A DNA stretch of 64,000 nucleotides from a bacterium (GTDB lineage: Bacteria > Hinthialibacterota > Hinthialibacteria > Hinthialibacterales > Hinthialibacteraceae): the NCBI GenBank assembly GCA_963662285.2, contig CAXXMV010000002.1, forward strand, positions 1,376,001 through 1,440,000, written 5' to 3'. How positions within the stretch are numbered: position 1 is the first letter of the stretch; each line of letters opens with the position of its first letter. Shown here piece after piece: positions 9,222 to 18,500 of this stretch. The position numbers and the translations under genes were made by a program. A model generated the notes under the pieces. The model saw nothing but the letters and a program-made list of their open reading frames with translations, was not told the DNA's origin and ran no database searches.

Positions 9222-10745
9222 ATGAAAGATTCATTTTATTTATCCACCGCTATAGCCTATGTTAACGGTAAGCCTCACGTTGGTCATGCCTATGAATTCA
9301 TCGCTTCAGACGCCATCTGCCGCTATCAACGCATGATCGGCAAGAAGGTTTTTTTCCTCTCAGGAGTAGACGAACACAGCGCCCAGGTTGAGAAAGCGGC
9401 GCGTGAAGAAGGCCTGCCCACCCAGGAATATTGCGACAAAATGGCGGTAGTATTCACCGAACTGCACGAGAAACTGGGAACCAAACTCGATGGCTTCGTA
9501 CGCACCAGCGAGCCGCGTCATCATGATACCACCAAAGAACTGCTGCGCCGTTCTTACGAAAAAGGCGATATTTACCAGGGACATTATGAAGGTTGGTACT
9601 GCGACGCCTGCGAACGCTATTACCAGGATGATGAATTGGATGAAGGCAATGAATGCCCCACTCACAAACGCCCCTGCCAATGGCTCAAAGAAGAAAACTA
9701 TTTCTTTAAATTAAGCAATTATACCGAAGCGATGAAAAAGCATTATGAGCAGTGTCCTACATTCACTCAGCCCGAAGGATATAAAAATGAGATGCTGGCT
9801 TTGCTGGATCAGGGACTCCGCGACATAAGCATATCGCGCTCCACCACTACATGGGGCATTCCCCTGCCTTGGGATGAAAGCCATGTGGCCTATGTCTGGT
9901 TTGATGCATTGTCAAATTACATAACTGGCGTTGGCTTCCTTAAGGATGATGAACTATTCAATACCTTCTGGCCTGCGGATATTCATGTTATCGGTAAAGA
10001 CATCAACCGCTTCCACTCGGTCCTATGGCCCGCCATGCTCATGTCATGCGACATCCCCCTGCCCAAGCAGATACTGATACACGGCTTTATCTACCATAAA
10101 GGCGAGAAGATGTCCAAGACCATCGGTAACATTATTGATCCCCTGGCATTGATCGACGCCTATGGCCGCGACCCGCTGCGTTACTTTTTGCTAAGCGAAG
10201 TTGCTTTCGGGCAGGACGGCAATTATTCCGAAGAAGCGCTTATCAACCGTTATAACGCCGATCTGGCCAACGATCTGGGCAACTTGACATCGAGAGTACT
10301 CTCTATGGTCAAGAAATACCGTGACAAAGTGGTGCCCGATCCGACAGAATTTAATGACAGCCTGCGTGAGGATATAGCCAAGACGCGCCAATCTTACCGC
10401 GAGCACATGGATAACAACGCGCTGCATCTAGGACTGGGTGTAATCTGGGATTTGATATCTAACGCCAATAAATACGTAGACGAGCAAGCCCCCTGGACGT
10501 TAGCCAAAGATGAGAGCAAGAAAAACGACCTGGATCGAGTATTACTCAACCTGGTCGAAACCCTGCGCGCCACTGCAGTAATGATATATCCCGTAATGCC
10601 GGATATTTCAACCGAAATGCTAAATCGCCTCTCCTGCCCCATAGAAGGAGATTTCCCCCTGCTAAGCGATTTAGAACAACCAAACCAATGCGCCGGAAAA
10701 ACCATAGAACCAGGCAAAAGCCTGTTCCCAAGGATTGAAAAATAA
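9222..10745 (+). CDS. metG: Methionyl-tRNA synthetase (short form without C-terminal dimerisation domain)
   Basis: YVNGKPHVGHAYE (HIGH motif), YVWFDAL, KMSKT (KMSKS motif), Zn knuckle CDAC...CPTH; RBS GGAG before ATG 9222. Confidence 0.96.
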   Translation: MKDSFYLSTAIAYVNGKPHVGHAYEFIASDAICRYQRMIGKKVFFLSGVDEHSAQVEKAAREEGLPTQEYCDKMAVVFTELHEKLGTKLDGFVRTSEPRHHDTTKELLRRSYEKGDIYQGHYEGWYCDACERYYQDDELDEGNECPTHKRPCQWLKEENYFFKLSNYTEAMKKHYEQCPTFTQPEGYKNEMLALLDQGLRDISISRSTTTWGIPLPWDESHVAYVWFDALSNYITGVGFLKDDELFNTFWPADIHVIGKDINRFHSVLWPAMLMSCDIPLPKQILIHGFIYHKGEKMSKTIGNIIDPLALIDAYGRDPLRYFLLSEVAFGQDGNYSEEALINRYNADLANDLGNLTSRVLSMVKKYRDKVVPDPTEFNDSLREDIAKTRQSYREHMDNNALHLGLGVIWDLISNANKYVDEQAPWTLAKDESKKNDLDRVLLNLVETLRATAVMIYPVMPDISTEMLNRLSCPIEGDFPLLSDLEQPNQCAGKTIEPGKSLFPRIEK

Positions 10746-10752
10746 TCCAAGC

Positions 10753-10781
10753 GTAGGGTGGGTCGGCCTCATCGACCCACC
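10753..10781 (+). repeat. Single REP-like hairpin, possibly also the terminator between convergent genes
   Basis: GTAG-GGTGGGTCG-GCCTCAT-CGACCCACC. Confidence 0.55.
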
Positions 10782-10805
10782 AAAAATCCACCCGATCATA
10801 AAAAA

Positions 10806-10847
10806 ATCCAGATCATCCTGAAAATCCTGGCTATCCAGATTCAGACA
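10806..10847. repeat. Four 9-bp tandem units ATCC(A/T)G-NNN ending in CAGACA
   Basis: ATCCAGATC ATCCTGAAA ATCCTGGCT ATCCAGATT CAGACA. Confidence 0.6.
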
Positions 10848-10856
10848 AAAAAAGCA

Positions 10857-13649
10857 TTACTTAGTTCGGGAAAAAATCACTCGAAACCCAATGCTGAAAT
10901 AATGGTAATCCCAACTGTACCCGCGGCGTAAAGACGACCGGCATTTTCTTGCTATGTCATGCAAGCAACCGCCCCTAACAATACGGTTCGAACCTTCACG
11001 ATTTTTTGTATTAATCCATACCTGTCCATCATCTGGCGCACCATCATAATTATCATGCCAATCACATTCACACCATTCCCAGACATTTCCACTCATGTCA
11101 TGAATTTGCCATTTATTCGGTTCTTTCACGCCAACCTCATGAGTTTTTCCCTCAGAGTTGTTTCTATACCAACAGTATTTATCGATTAATTTATATTCTG
11201 GATCATCTCCCCAATAAAACCGTGTGCTGGTTCCAGCCCGGCAGGCATATTCCCATTCAGCTTCAGAAGGTAATCTGAATTCCCATTTGAAAACGCTTTT
11301 ATTTAATTTAGCGATAAATTGTCTGCATTCAGTCCAGGATACGTTTTCAACAGGATGATTTGGATTGCCTTTGAATTCTGAAGGATTGTTCTCCATCACC
11401 GCTTCCCATTGCGCCTGGGTAACGGGATATTTACCCATATAAAACTCATTTTTTATATTTACTGTATGCTGCGGTCCTTCGTTGTTATTTCTATCTTTTT
11501 CACTCTCAGGGCTGCCCATTATAAATGCCCCGGGCTGGATTAAAACCAATTCCAATGGTTTTAATCCCTTTTCTAAATACAAGTCAGCCAAAATCGTATC
11601 ACCCGTACTACTCTCAACGATATCAAGGGATAGATTTGGCGTTTTCTTTTTCGTTGCTGCTTTCTTCTTTGTTGCTGTTTTCTTTTTTACGGTTGATTTC
11701 TTTTTCGCAGCTGTTTTTTTCTTGGCAGCCGTTTTCGTCTTGGATTCTATAGTAGTATCAACTTCCTCAATATCCTCTTCCTCTTTTTCTTCTGTTGAAG
11801 AACCAATCGTTGCTATTTTAGGTAGTATTTTCAGTAATTGATTAAGACTCAGATCAGCCAGGGTATAGTCTGTCTCCTCCAGCCCTTCAATCCGTTGCCC
11901 CAAGAAAGTCAATAAATCTGGACGTTTCGACCATCGTTTGTAATACCGGTTAATCTCATTTGCTTTAGGTTCTTTGTCTTCAAACGCCTTGCGTTGCAGT
12001 TTGGAAAGTAATTGATGGTCCCTATCCAGGTCATACATAAATATGGGCCATGCCAGGCTTATGGCCACGAATTTGCCTAATTTTTCCAGCGTAATATCGT
12101 TCGCCGTGGGTGACTCTTTTAATATACCGGTTTCATAACCAATACATATTTGGAGGCGGAAAAGATTGATAAACTGCTTTATACGCCGGGGATTATAATT
12201 AAGCGCCGAAGCCGTCATGATTTGAATCTGCTTAATCCGGTCAGAATCCTGTCCGAAAGCAATCTTGAGTAATTTTGCTATTTTTTGATCAGCCTCTTTT
12301 TTCTGGTCTTGCTTTACTGATTCAATCTTCACGTCTGTTTTAGAAGTCTTACTGGCTGTGATAGGTTTTTCAGATTCTTTCGGATCAGGAGTATAGCCAG
12401 AGATTTTACCGGATTCACGATCTTCAGGCTCGGTATAATAATCAATTATCTTCTTATAGATTTTTAATGAATATTGTTTGATGCTTTGTATGCGCGATGC
12501 CCACTTATCCCGGTTTTCTTCTTCTGGTTTTTCACTTAATGAATTTAGATAAGTAATAAGGTCTTCTTGATCCGCTTGAGGGATTCTGAATGGAATCTGA
12601 ATGAATTTTTCAATAAACTGGTAACCATATTCCAAACCGTCGCAAGGATCGTTCTTGGCTTTTTGCTGCTCAGTTTCCTGCGAATTGATTGAGTGAGCGG
12701 ATAAGTAAGGCAGGATTTTTTCGCTTTTCACAGCGATACCGGCGGCGACCTTCTCCCGGTCCAGGCCCATAATAAATATAAGGGGCAAGTCTTCGGAAAT
12801 CATCAAATTGATGGCCTGCATCAACTCCGCCGCCTTGGGAATCTCGCATCGATCAAGGTCATCGATAAAAACGAAAATCTTCTTGCCTTTTGCATACGCT
12901 TCAACAATTTTCTTGAAATCGGCATGAAATTTCTCGATGAAAGCAATCCGCCCTTCATAATCAGGTGATTTGATGTGTTTTTTGAGATTGATTTCAAGGG
13001 GATTTGCCAGATGCTCTTTCAGTTTCAGAGCAATGCTTTTCATATAGGGGAATAAGACGAATAATCCACTTCCACAAACTATTCCATTGATACCTTTTTC
13101 CATCATTCCAGGTTTTGATGATAAAGATAAATTAAAAATGAAATCAATGAATCGTATGGGCTGGTTAGATACCCAGGATAAGCCAAACATACTCAAGAAC
13201 AAAAACCATAAACAAAACCACAATAACCATCCTATCGCTGAGGTTAAAACTAAAAACAAATCTTTCCATCCATTATGCAAGTCAATTCGTTTAATGCGAA
13301 GATGCCAAAATCCTTGCAAACATTCACACCATGTAACTTCTTGGGGAATCTGATTGAGAAATTCCAAAGCGAAGGCCGCCCATAATGCATCCTCTTTATC
13401 GTGCCTCCAGGCATTAAAATGAATGGTGATGTGATTTTCTTTCTCAAGAGCGTCTTGCAGTAAATTCATAAAAGTCGATTTACCAGCGCCCCATTCTCCT
13501 TCAACTGACATAGTCAGAGGGGGGATAGTATCTTCATCACTCAAAAACCGCTCAATCGCATGCACATAGGGATCAAAACCCAGCGCATCTTTTGAACTGA
13601 TTTGATCACGAACTAAACCTTTTTTTATGGATTCACGTTCATTAACCAT
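10857..13649 (-). CDS. KAP-family P-loop NTPase fused to a C-terminal FGE-sulfatase (C-type lectin fold) domain
   Basis: GEWGAGKST Walker A, FNAW, TM helices inserted after Walker A, FIDDLDRC Walker B, FIEKFIQIPF, NPRRIKQFIN; C-terminal MGKYPVTQAQW, FRLPSEAEWEYACRAG, DMSGNVWEW, GFRV. Confidence 0.85.
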   Translation of the reverse strand: MVNERESIKKGLVRDQISSKDALGFDPYVHAIERFLSDEDTIPPLTMSVEGEWGAGKSTFMNLLQDALEKENHITIHFNAWRHDKEDALWAAFALEFLNQIPQEVTWCECLQGFWHLRIKRIDLHNGWKDLFLVLTSAIGWLLWFCLWFLFLSMFGLSWVSNQPIRFIDFIFNLSLSSKPGMMEKGINGIVCGSGLFVLFPYMKSIALKLKEHLANPLEINLKKHIKSPDYEGRIAFIEKFHADFKKIVEAYAKGKKIFVFIDDLDRCEIPKAAELMQAINLMISEDLPLIFIMGLDREKVAAGIAVKSEKILPYLSAHSINSQETEQQKAKNDPCDGLEYGYQFIEKFIQIPFRIPQADQEDLITYLNSLSEKPEEENRDKWASRIQSIKQYSLKIYKKIIDYYTEPEDRESGKISGYTPDPKESEKPITASKTSKTDVKIESVKQDQKKEADQKIAKLLKIAFGQDSDRIKQIQIMTASALNYNPRRIKQFINLFRLQICIGYETGILKESPTANDITLEKLGKFVAISLAWPIFMYDLDRDHQLLSKLQRKAFEDKEPKANEINRYYKRWSKRPDLLTFLGQRIEGLEETDYTLADLSLNQLLKILPKIATIGSSTEEKEEEDIEEVDTTIESKTKTAAKKKTAAKKKSTVKKKTATKKKAATKKKTPNLSLDIVESSTGDTILADLYLEKGLKPLELVLIQPGAFIMGSPESEKDRNNNEGPQHTVNIKNEFYMGKYPVTQAQWEAVMENNPSEFKGNPNHPVENVSWTECRQFIAKLNKSVFKWEFRLPSEAEWEYACRAGTSTRFYWGDDPEYKLIDKYCWYRNNSEGKTHEVGVKEPNKWQIHDMSGNVWEWCECDWHDNYDGAPDDGQVWINTKNREGSNRIVRGGCLHDIARKCRSSLRRGYSWDYHYFSIGFRVIFSRTK
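11641..11740 (-). repeat. Degenerate 18-bp coding tandem repeat encoding a Lys/Ala/Thr histone-tail-like linker
   Basis: KTAAKK-KTAAKK-KSTVKK-KTATKK-KAATKK-K inside the KAP protein. Confidence 0.7.
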
Positions 13650-13789
13650 TTCGGCGCCCTGAAATTGATTCGCATGAATCTATTATCTCATGGATGCATA
13701 TAATAAATCAACTGTAGTATAGGAAATGGATCGTGCCTGACCGACTCATATTTAAGGCTTCTGATAATATCTAAAGTTATTTCAAAACC

Positions 13790-14086
13790 CTAAGGGTAAT
13801 CTTTCATATCCAAACATTTCTCCCTGTTACGGTGCTTTTCAATTATCTCATCAGGAATGAAATGAATCGCCATGATCACCAGGAGCGGAATGATCACCAG
13901 ATCATCAAGTTGACCAATAACCGGAATGAAATCCGGGATCAAGTCGAAAGGCATCATCAAATAGCCCACTGCAAGACCGAGTAGGCATTTCGCCGCCATA
14001 GGAGTACTCTTGTCTCTCAGAATTCCATGGTATACGCAAATTTCCCTCTTAAAAGCGTTGCCAATCTTATGGAATTTTTCAAGCAT
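13790..14086 (-). CDS. DUF1232/YkvA-family small membrane protein
   Basis: Y..MPFDLIPDFIPVIGQLDDL motif. Confidence 0.85.
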   Translation of the reverse strand: MLEKFHKIGNAFKREICVYHGILRDKSTPMAAKCLLGLAVGYLMMPFDLIPDFIPVIGQLDDLVIIPLLVIMAIHFIPDEIIEKHRNREKCLDMKDYP

Positions 14087-14298
14087 GAGATAGTCCTAAA
14101 CGAGGCATGGCAAGAATCAATTGTTGAATCTAGCGTGATTATCAAAAAAATGTTCGTTTATTGTCACGCATGGTAATAGAAAAATAAAGTGTTATTTGAT
14201 TCGTGGGGGAAAAACTATTCAATATTTACACATGACTTTTGAATCTTATCAGTTAAAATAGTATTATTGGTTTTAATAATATAGTGGAGGTATGATGT

Positions 14299-15069
14299 AT
14301 GCGCTTCTCAGTGAGAATTCCCAATCTTTTGATTCCTCTATTATTTATTGCAGTTTGCTTATTTATGACATATCCAACCTTCGGGCAGGCATCCAGAATT
14401 AATATCTACGCGGTGGGCGACAGCATCACCTGGGGGCAAGCCTTTGGCAGCGGGCATGATTATCCCAGCCAGCTGCGGAAGAAATTCACCGACCGTGGGT
14501 TAGATGTGCGCGTTACTAATCACGGCATATCCGGCTATACCGTCGGCGATATATTAGACGAATGGAAGAAACCCAGTAAAGCAAGGATTTTTGCACGCAT
14601 GGACGTGCATTTTGTCCTGATAATGCTTGGAACCAATGATACCCGCGTGGGTGATGAAACTCCAACTGATACCTATGTTGAACGTATGAATGAGTTGGTT
14701 GATCTGTTTTTGAAAGTTGAGAATTCCGATGGAAGCCATCCACAGGTAATTCTCTCATTAATTCCCCCGCATAATTCTCCAAAAGACGGCGAGAACATGG
14801 CTAGTAATTTTAAGGATCGTTTTATTCATCGCGACCGGATACCCGGCGAGTTGAATCCTGAATTAATCAAGATTGCGCAGGAAAAAAGTTTGATGCTGGT
14901 CGATAATTACAGCCCATTAAAAGCGATGGGACCTGATATTCTGCCTGATGGATTGCATCCCGCACAGGAAGGAAACACCATATTAGCGGAAACGTGGTAT
15001 AATGCTCTATTGCCTTTAGTTGATCCGACTGCCTGCGTTGATAAATGTATTTATGAATTGATGAAATGA
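14299..15069 (+). CDS. Secreted SGNH/GDSL hydrolase
   Basis: Signal peptide; GDSIT, NHGISG, LGTND and DGLHP blocks; RBS GGAGG. Confidence 0.9.
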   Translation: MRFSVRIPNLLIPLLFIAVCLFMTYPTFGQASRINIYAVGDSITWGQAFGSGHDYPSQLRKKFTDRGLDVRVTNHGISGYTVGDILDEWKKPSKARIFARMDVHFVLIMLGTNDTRVGDETPTDTYVERMNELVDLFLKVENSDGSHPQVILSLIPPHNSPKDGENMASNFKDRFIHRDRIPGELNPELIKIAQEKSLMLVDNYSPLKAMGPDILPDGLHPAQEGNTILAETWYNALLPLVDPTACVDKCIYELMK

Positions 15070-15150
15070 TCCAATGAATTAAAGTCTGTCTTAAAATCAA
15101 TATTCAAAATATAGAATTACCATATTGTTTTATGAGAAAGGGTTAAAATT

Positions 15151-16254
15151 ATGAAGAGACTGGCATTAATTGCAGTACTGGCATTTGGTCTAGTGGGTTG
15201 CAGCGCAATCCAAAAGCGACCGGATCTAACAATTCAACCTGTCGTTCCCCAGCAAGGTGAATTCATAGCGGTCGATCAGGCAATTATTATCGCAGATAGT
15301 TCTTCATCGATGAGAATCAGTAAAATTCGTTTTATGCGGGATATGGTGTACACCTTAACCGGAACCATGCCAGATGGAGATTATGAGGCTGGTATGATTG
15401 CCTTTGGAGGCGACAAGACGCTGGTTACAGGATTGCAACCATTCAACCGGAATCTTATACAGAATAAAGCGATTAAAATGCCCTACTTAGGTGGAACGAC
15501 GCATTTGGAAACAGTATTAGAAAAAGCCTTTGCCATGATCGGAACATCAACCGGTAAAACCGCCGTAATTCTCTTTTCAGATGGATTGCCATCGAAGATA
15601 GAATATGCCTTGGCTGCAGCGCAAAAACTGGCTGATCACCCCAGTTCTAATGTTTGCCTGCATACCGTGTTGATTGGCGACAATGAAAATGGCGCCGATT
15701 TTCTACAATCAGTAGCAAGTTTAACGCCATGCGGTAGTTTCCGTTACGGCGATTCTCTTGTGGATCTCAGTGAGATGCATGAATACGTTCGTCATGTATT
15801 TTTGGCTTTAATGCCGGAAAAAGACGATGTGATTCCAGATAGTGATAATGACGGCGTGCTTGATCCTGATGATGAGTGTCCCGATACTCCAAGAGGCGCT
15901 AAAGTTGATGCGCGTGGTTGCTGGACTATCCCCGGCCTTACATTCGAGCGCGATAAATCGGATATCCGTCCGGAATTTTTCCCACGCCTTAACGGCGTCG
16001 CCAAGGTATTGAAAGATAATCCAAATCTGCGCATTTACATTGATGGTCACACCTGCTCCATCGCTACAGAGAAATACAATCAGGCTTTGTCAACCAGTAG
16101 ATCTGAAATGGTCAAATCCTACATGGTGGACAAAGGTATAGATGAATCGCGCCTGGTTCCCCGTGGATTTGGTGAAACCAAACCGATTCTACCTAATGAT
16201 AGTGAAGAGAATATGTCTAAAAACCGTCGGGTGGAATTGAAAGTCATCAAGTAA
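15151..16254 (+). CDS. Lipoprotein with vWA, TSP3-like Ca-binding and OmpA-like peptidoglycan-binding domains
   Basis: Lipobox LVGC; MIDAS DSSSS...T...SDG; DSDNDGVLDPDDECPDTP.G..VD..GC; GHT......YNQ.LS..R, GFGE.KP, NRRVE. Confidence 0.88.
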   Translation: MKRLALIAVLAFGLVGCSAIQKRPDLTIQPVVPQQGEFIAVDQAIIIADSSSSMRISKIRFMRDMVYTLTGTMPDGDYEAGMIAFGGDKTLVTGLQPFNRNLIQNKAIKMPYLGGTTHLETVLEKAFAMIGTSTGKTAVILFSDGLPSKIEYALAAAQKLADHPSSNVCLHTVLIGDNENGADFLQSVASLTPCGSFRYGDSLVDLSEMHEYVRHVFLALMPEKDDVIPDSDNDGVLDPDDECPDTPRGAKVDARGCWTIPGLTFERDKSDIRPEFFPRLNGVAKVLKDNPNLRIYIDGHTCSIATEKYNQALSTSRSEMVKSYMVDKGIDESRLVPRGFGETKPILPNDSEENMSKNRRVELKVIK

Positions 16255-16289
16255 TATCTTACGAAGATAATCAATCTTCAACAACAAAT

Positions 16290-16362
16290 AACCGGGCGTG
16301 ATTAATATTGCGCCCGGTTTTTTGTTGATCTATAAAAAAACCGCCCTATTAAGAGCGGTTTT
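16290..16362. terminator. Two adjacent Rho-independent terminators between convergent genes
   Basis: AACCGGGCG...CGCCCGGTT followed by a T tract (16290-16323); AAAACCGC...GCGGTTTT with an A tract on the left (16334-16362). Confidence 0.75.
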
Positions 16363-16399
16363 GTTGAATTTGATTGCTATGCCACTAACGATATTTATT

Positions 16400-17083
16400 T
16401 CAAGTAGCTTCTTCTAAAAGGATATAGATAAAACCGAAAGAACCTGGTATGTTACTGATCTTTTCAGTAAATTCACCTGTATCAACTTGTGTGGTTTTAT
16501 CCCCTTCTTTTACTTCTTTTTTGACTGGGACTTTCTCTACGGCTTTGTTGTAAAATGCTGAATAACGTTCGATGCCGATGTTCTCTCCGGATGCAGGATC
16601 CAATAATGGAACAATAATTGATCCTTCCAGGCGAGTCTTATTATCTTCCACCTGTTCGGTAGTCACTTCGATAATATCATCATTCTCGAAGGGATCAGCA
16701 ACATTGGGAAAGAGTTCATCAAAATGAGGCAGCGCGGTTATATACGAAATATGCTGCTCATCAGTGATTTCAATTTTTTTGCTGAAAGTCATAAGCATCT
16801 CATATTCATTGATATCGTTCGGTTCTTCTATAACAGTTTTCTTGTCTCCATCCGGGTCCATGCCATCCCGTGTAACATAAGCTTCATATTCCGAGCCTTT
16901 TTTGATGGCAAGGAATAGATATAGCCGCTTAATTTTGTACTCTTTACGCAGTTCTTCCGCTTTCTGAATCTTCTCGATATCCAGAAGATCAGGATTCAAA
17001 TAAGCGTTTTGTGAATAAGCAGATGTTGTTGCTATTCCCAAAATTAATATAAATGCTGCAAACCATGCTTGTTTACGTTGCAT
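16400..17083 (-). CDS. Hypothetical exported protein (227 aa)
   Basis: Signal peptide ending AYS/Q; RBS GGAGG upstream; no family recognised. Confidence 0.7.
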   Translation of the reverse strand: MQRKQAWFAAFILILGIATTSAYSQNAYLNPDLLDIEKIQKAEELRKEYKIKRLYLFLAIKKGSEYEAYVTRDGMDPDGDKKTVIEEPNDINEYEMLMTFSKKIEITDEQHISYITALPHFDELFPNVADPFENDDIIEVTTEQVEDNKTRLEGSIIVPLLDPASGENIGIERYSAFYNKAVEKVPVKKEVKEGDKTTQVDTGEFTEKISNIPGSFGFIYILLEEAT

Positions 17084-17478
17084 AGTTGTACCTCCAATTC
17101 CGTGGGAGTTAATATCTCCTCCCTCGCCTCATGTTCAATTCATCACAAAATATAATAGTATAAAAAAGAGATACAATAGAATAAATTGTAATACAAAAAA
17201 ACAATAAATCAAGTAATAATAATATTTTTTTACATTATGAAAATATTATTATTCGAACAAAAAAATATTTTATTGCAAAGTTAATTTGATAATAATCCTA
17301 AATAATCTTGATATTCAATCTTGAAGCCGATTCAACTTAAACGCAAATTTTCGGCTAAATATTCAAAAAATAATAAAGGATTAATTACATTATTGGCAAT
17401 TCAATATTATAAGTCTCAAGAACTATGGGGAAAGTTCGTATTTAATGTGATATAAATATAATTTTCAATATTTGGTTA

Positions 17479-18165
17479 TTAATACCCCGGGTATAGTTTC
17501 GCCCTACATTCCGGGCAAATACCATGGCTGAATTCCGCTTCAGGATTCTGAATAAGATAATGCTCAATAGGATGCCAATTGTCTTGATGGTCTCTGATGC
17601 TCTTGCAGCTGGCGCATATAGTAACCAAACCGCGTAGGGCTTGAATCTCCATCAAATAGTCTGTTAGTTGTTGGTTTTTGTCGCCAAGAACCTGGTTCAT
17701 ATATATCATTGCCAGATGCGACTCTATCAAACCACGGAATTTCATCATTAGTTTTTCGGTGGTTTTTGAATATTCATTTGGTTTGCTATCCAGCACGCAA
17801 AGAGTTCCAAATGGCTTTTTGTCAGGTAGTAGAATGGGAAATCCCAAATAAGAAATCAAATTATGTTTGACGTCTGGATTATTTTTCCAGTTTGCATCCT
17901 TCAATGCGTCTGGAACTAAAAGTTTATTTTGCGTCTTGATCACTCTTTCACAATAGAGACCGGAGCCAAATAAAGTCTCCTTATCACTGGGATGGTAAGG
18001 ATTGCCATTGCTTTTGCTCGAAACAAAAACCTCGATATCAGGGTCTAGAAATCGCATAATCAATGCGACAGGGATACTAAGCATTTCCGCCAGGATATTG
18101 GCGATTTCCTGCCAGTTTTCCAATATGTCGGTTGGCACGTCAATCTTGACTTGTTGATTTATCAT
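17479..18165 (-). CDS. GAF-domain protein with C-terminal Cys/His zinc-ribbon-like module
   Basis: LYCE.VI......VPDA..D..W..NPD......YLG.PI..PD..PFGTLCVLD; tail ICASCKSIRD...W..IE.Y.....FSHGICPEC. Confidence 0.8.
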   Translation of the reverse strand: MINQQVKIDVPTDILENWQEIANILAEMLSIPVALIMRFLDPDIEVFVSSKSNGNPYHPSDKETLFGSGLYCERVIKTQNKLLVPDALKDANWKNNPDVKHNLISYLGFPILLPDKKPFGTLCVLDSKPNEYSKTTEKLMMKFRGLIESHLAMIYMNQVLGDKNQQLTDYLMEIQALRGLVTICASCKSIRDHQDNWHPIEHYLIQNPEAEFSHGICPECRAKLYPGY

Positions 18166-18228
18166 TTGCCTTTTCCTAACTAGAGTATTATACAATGTAA
18201 CTAATAAATAAGTATGTTTAATTGTCTA

Positions 18229-18492
18229 CTAAGTTATTAACAAGACTACAGATGATAGACCAAAAAGAAAAAAACTCAGTTGATATGAATAGCTGATAAA
18301 TGCTATGGATACCTGATAGATTGAAAAATCATTGAGGGTATCGGCAACCGCAGGCGATATTCTTCCTAAAAGAATTCCACCCGCAATACAAAGCAGAATC
18401 CATACCGTCAAATATCGCTCAAAGATGGATAATTTTTTTCCTTCATGTGCTTTAATTCTCCTGTTTTTCTTTATGTTTAGAGAGTTTAGCAT
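18229..18492 (-). pseudogene. N-terminal fragment of an ACR3-family arsenite efflux transporter
   Basis: KKLSIFERYLTVWILLCIAGGILLG...P....L.......VSI matches the ACR3 N-terminus, then similarity is lost; full ACR3 is ~350 aa. Confidence 0.6.
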
Positions 18493-18500
18493 GAAACGCT

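Noticed and set aside
10745-10860. CRISPR array or DGR template region
   Set aside because: Repeats are only 9 bp with no spacers; no cas or reverse transcriptase gene in the window
10857-11600. Active formylglycine-generating enzyme
   Set aside because: Lacks the catalytic Cys arrangement of true FGE and no sulfatase is adjacent; treated as the non-catalytic CLec-type fold
11482-11841. Phe/Ala-rich 'membrane' ORF on the + strand
   Set aside because: Antisense shadow of the Lys-rich repeat in the KAP gene
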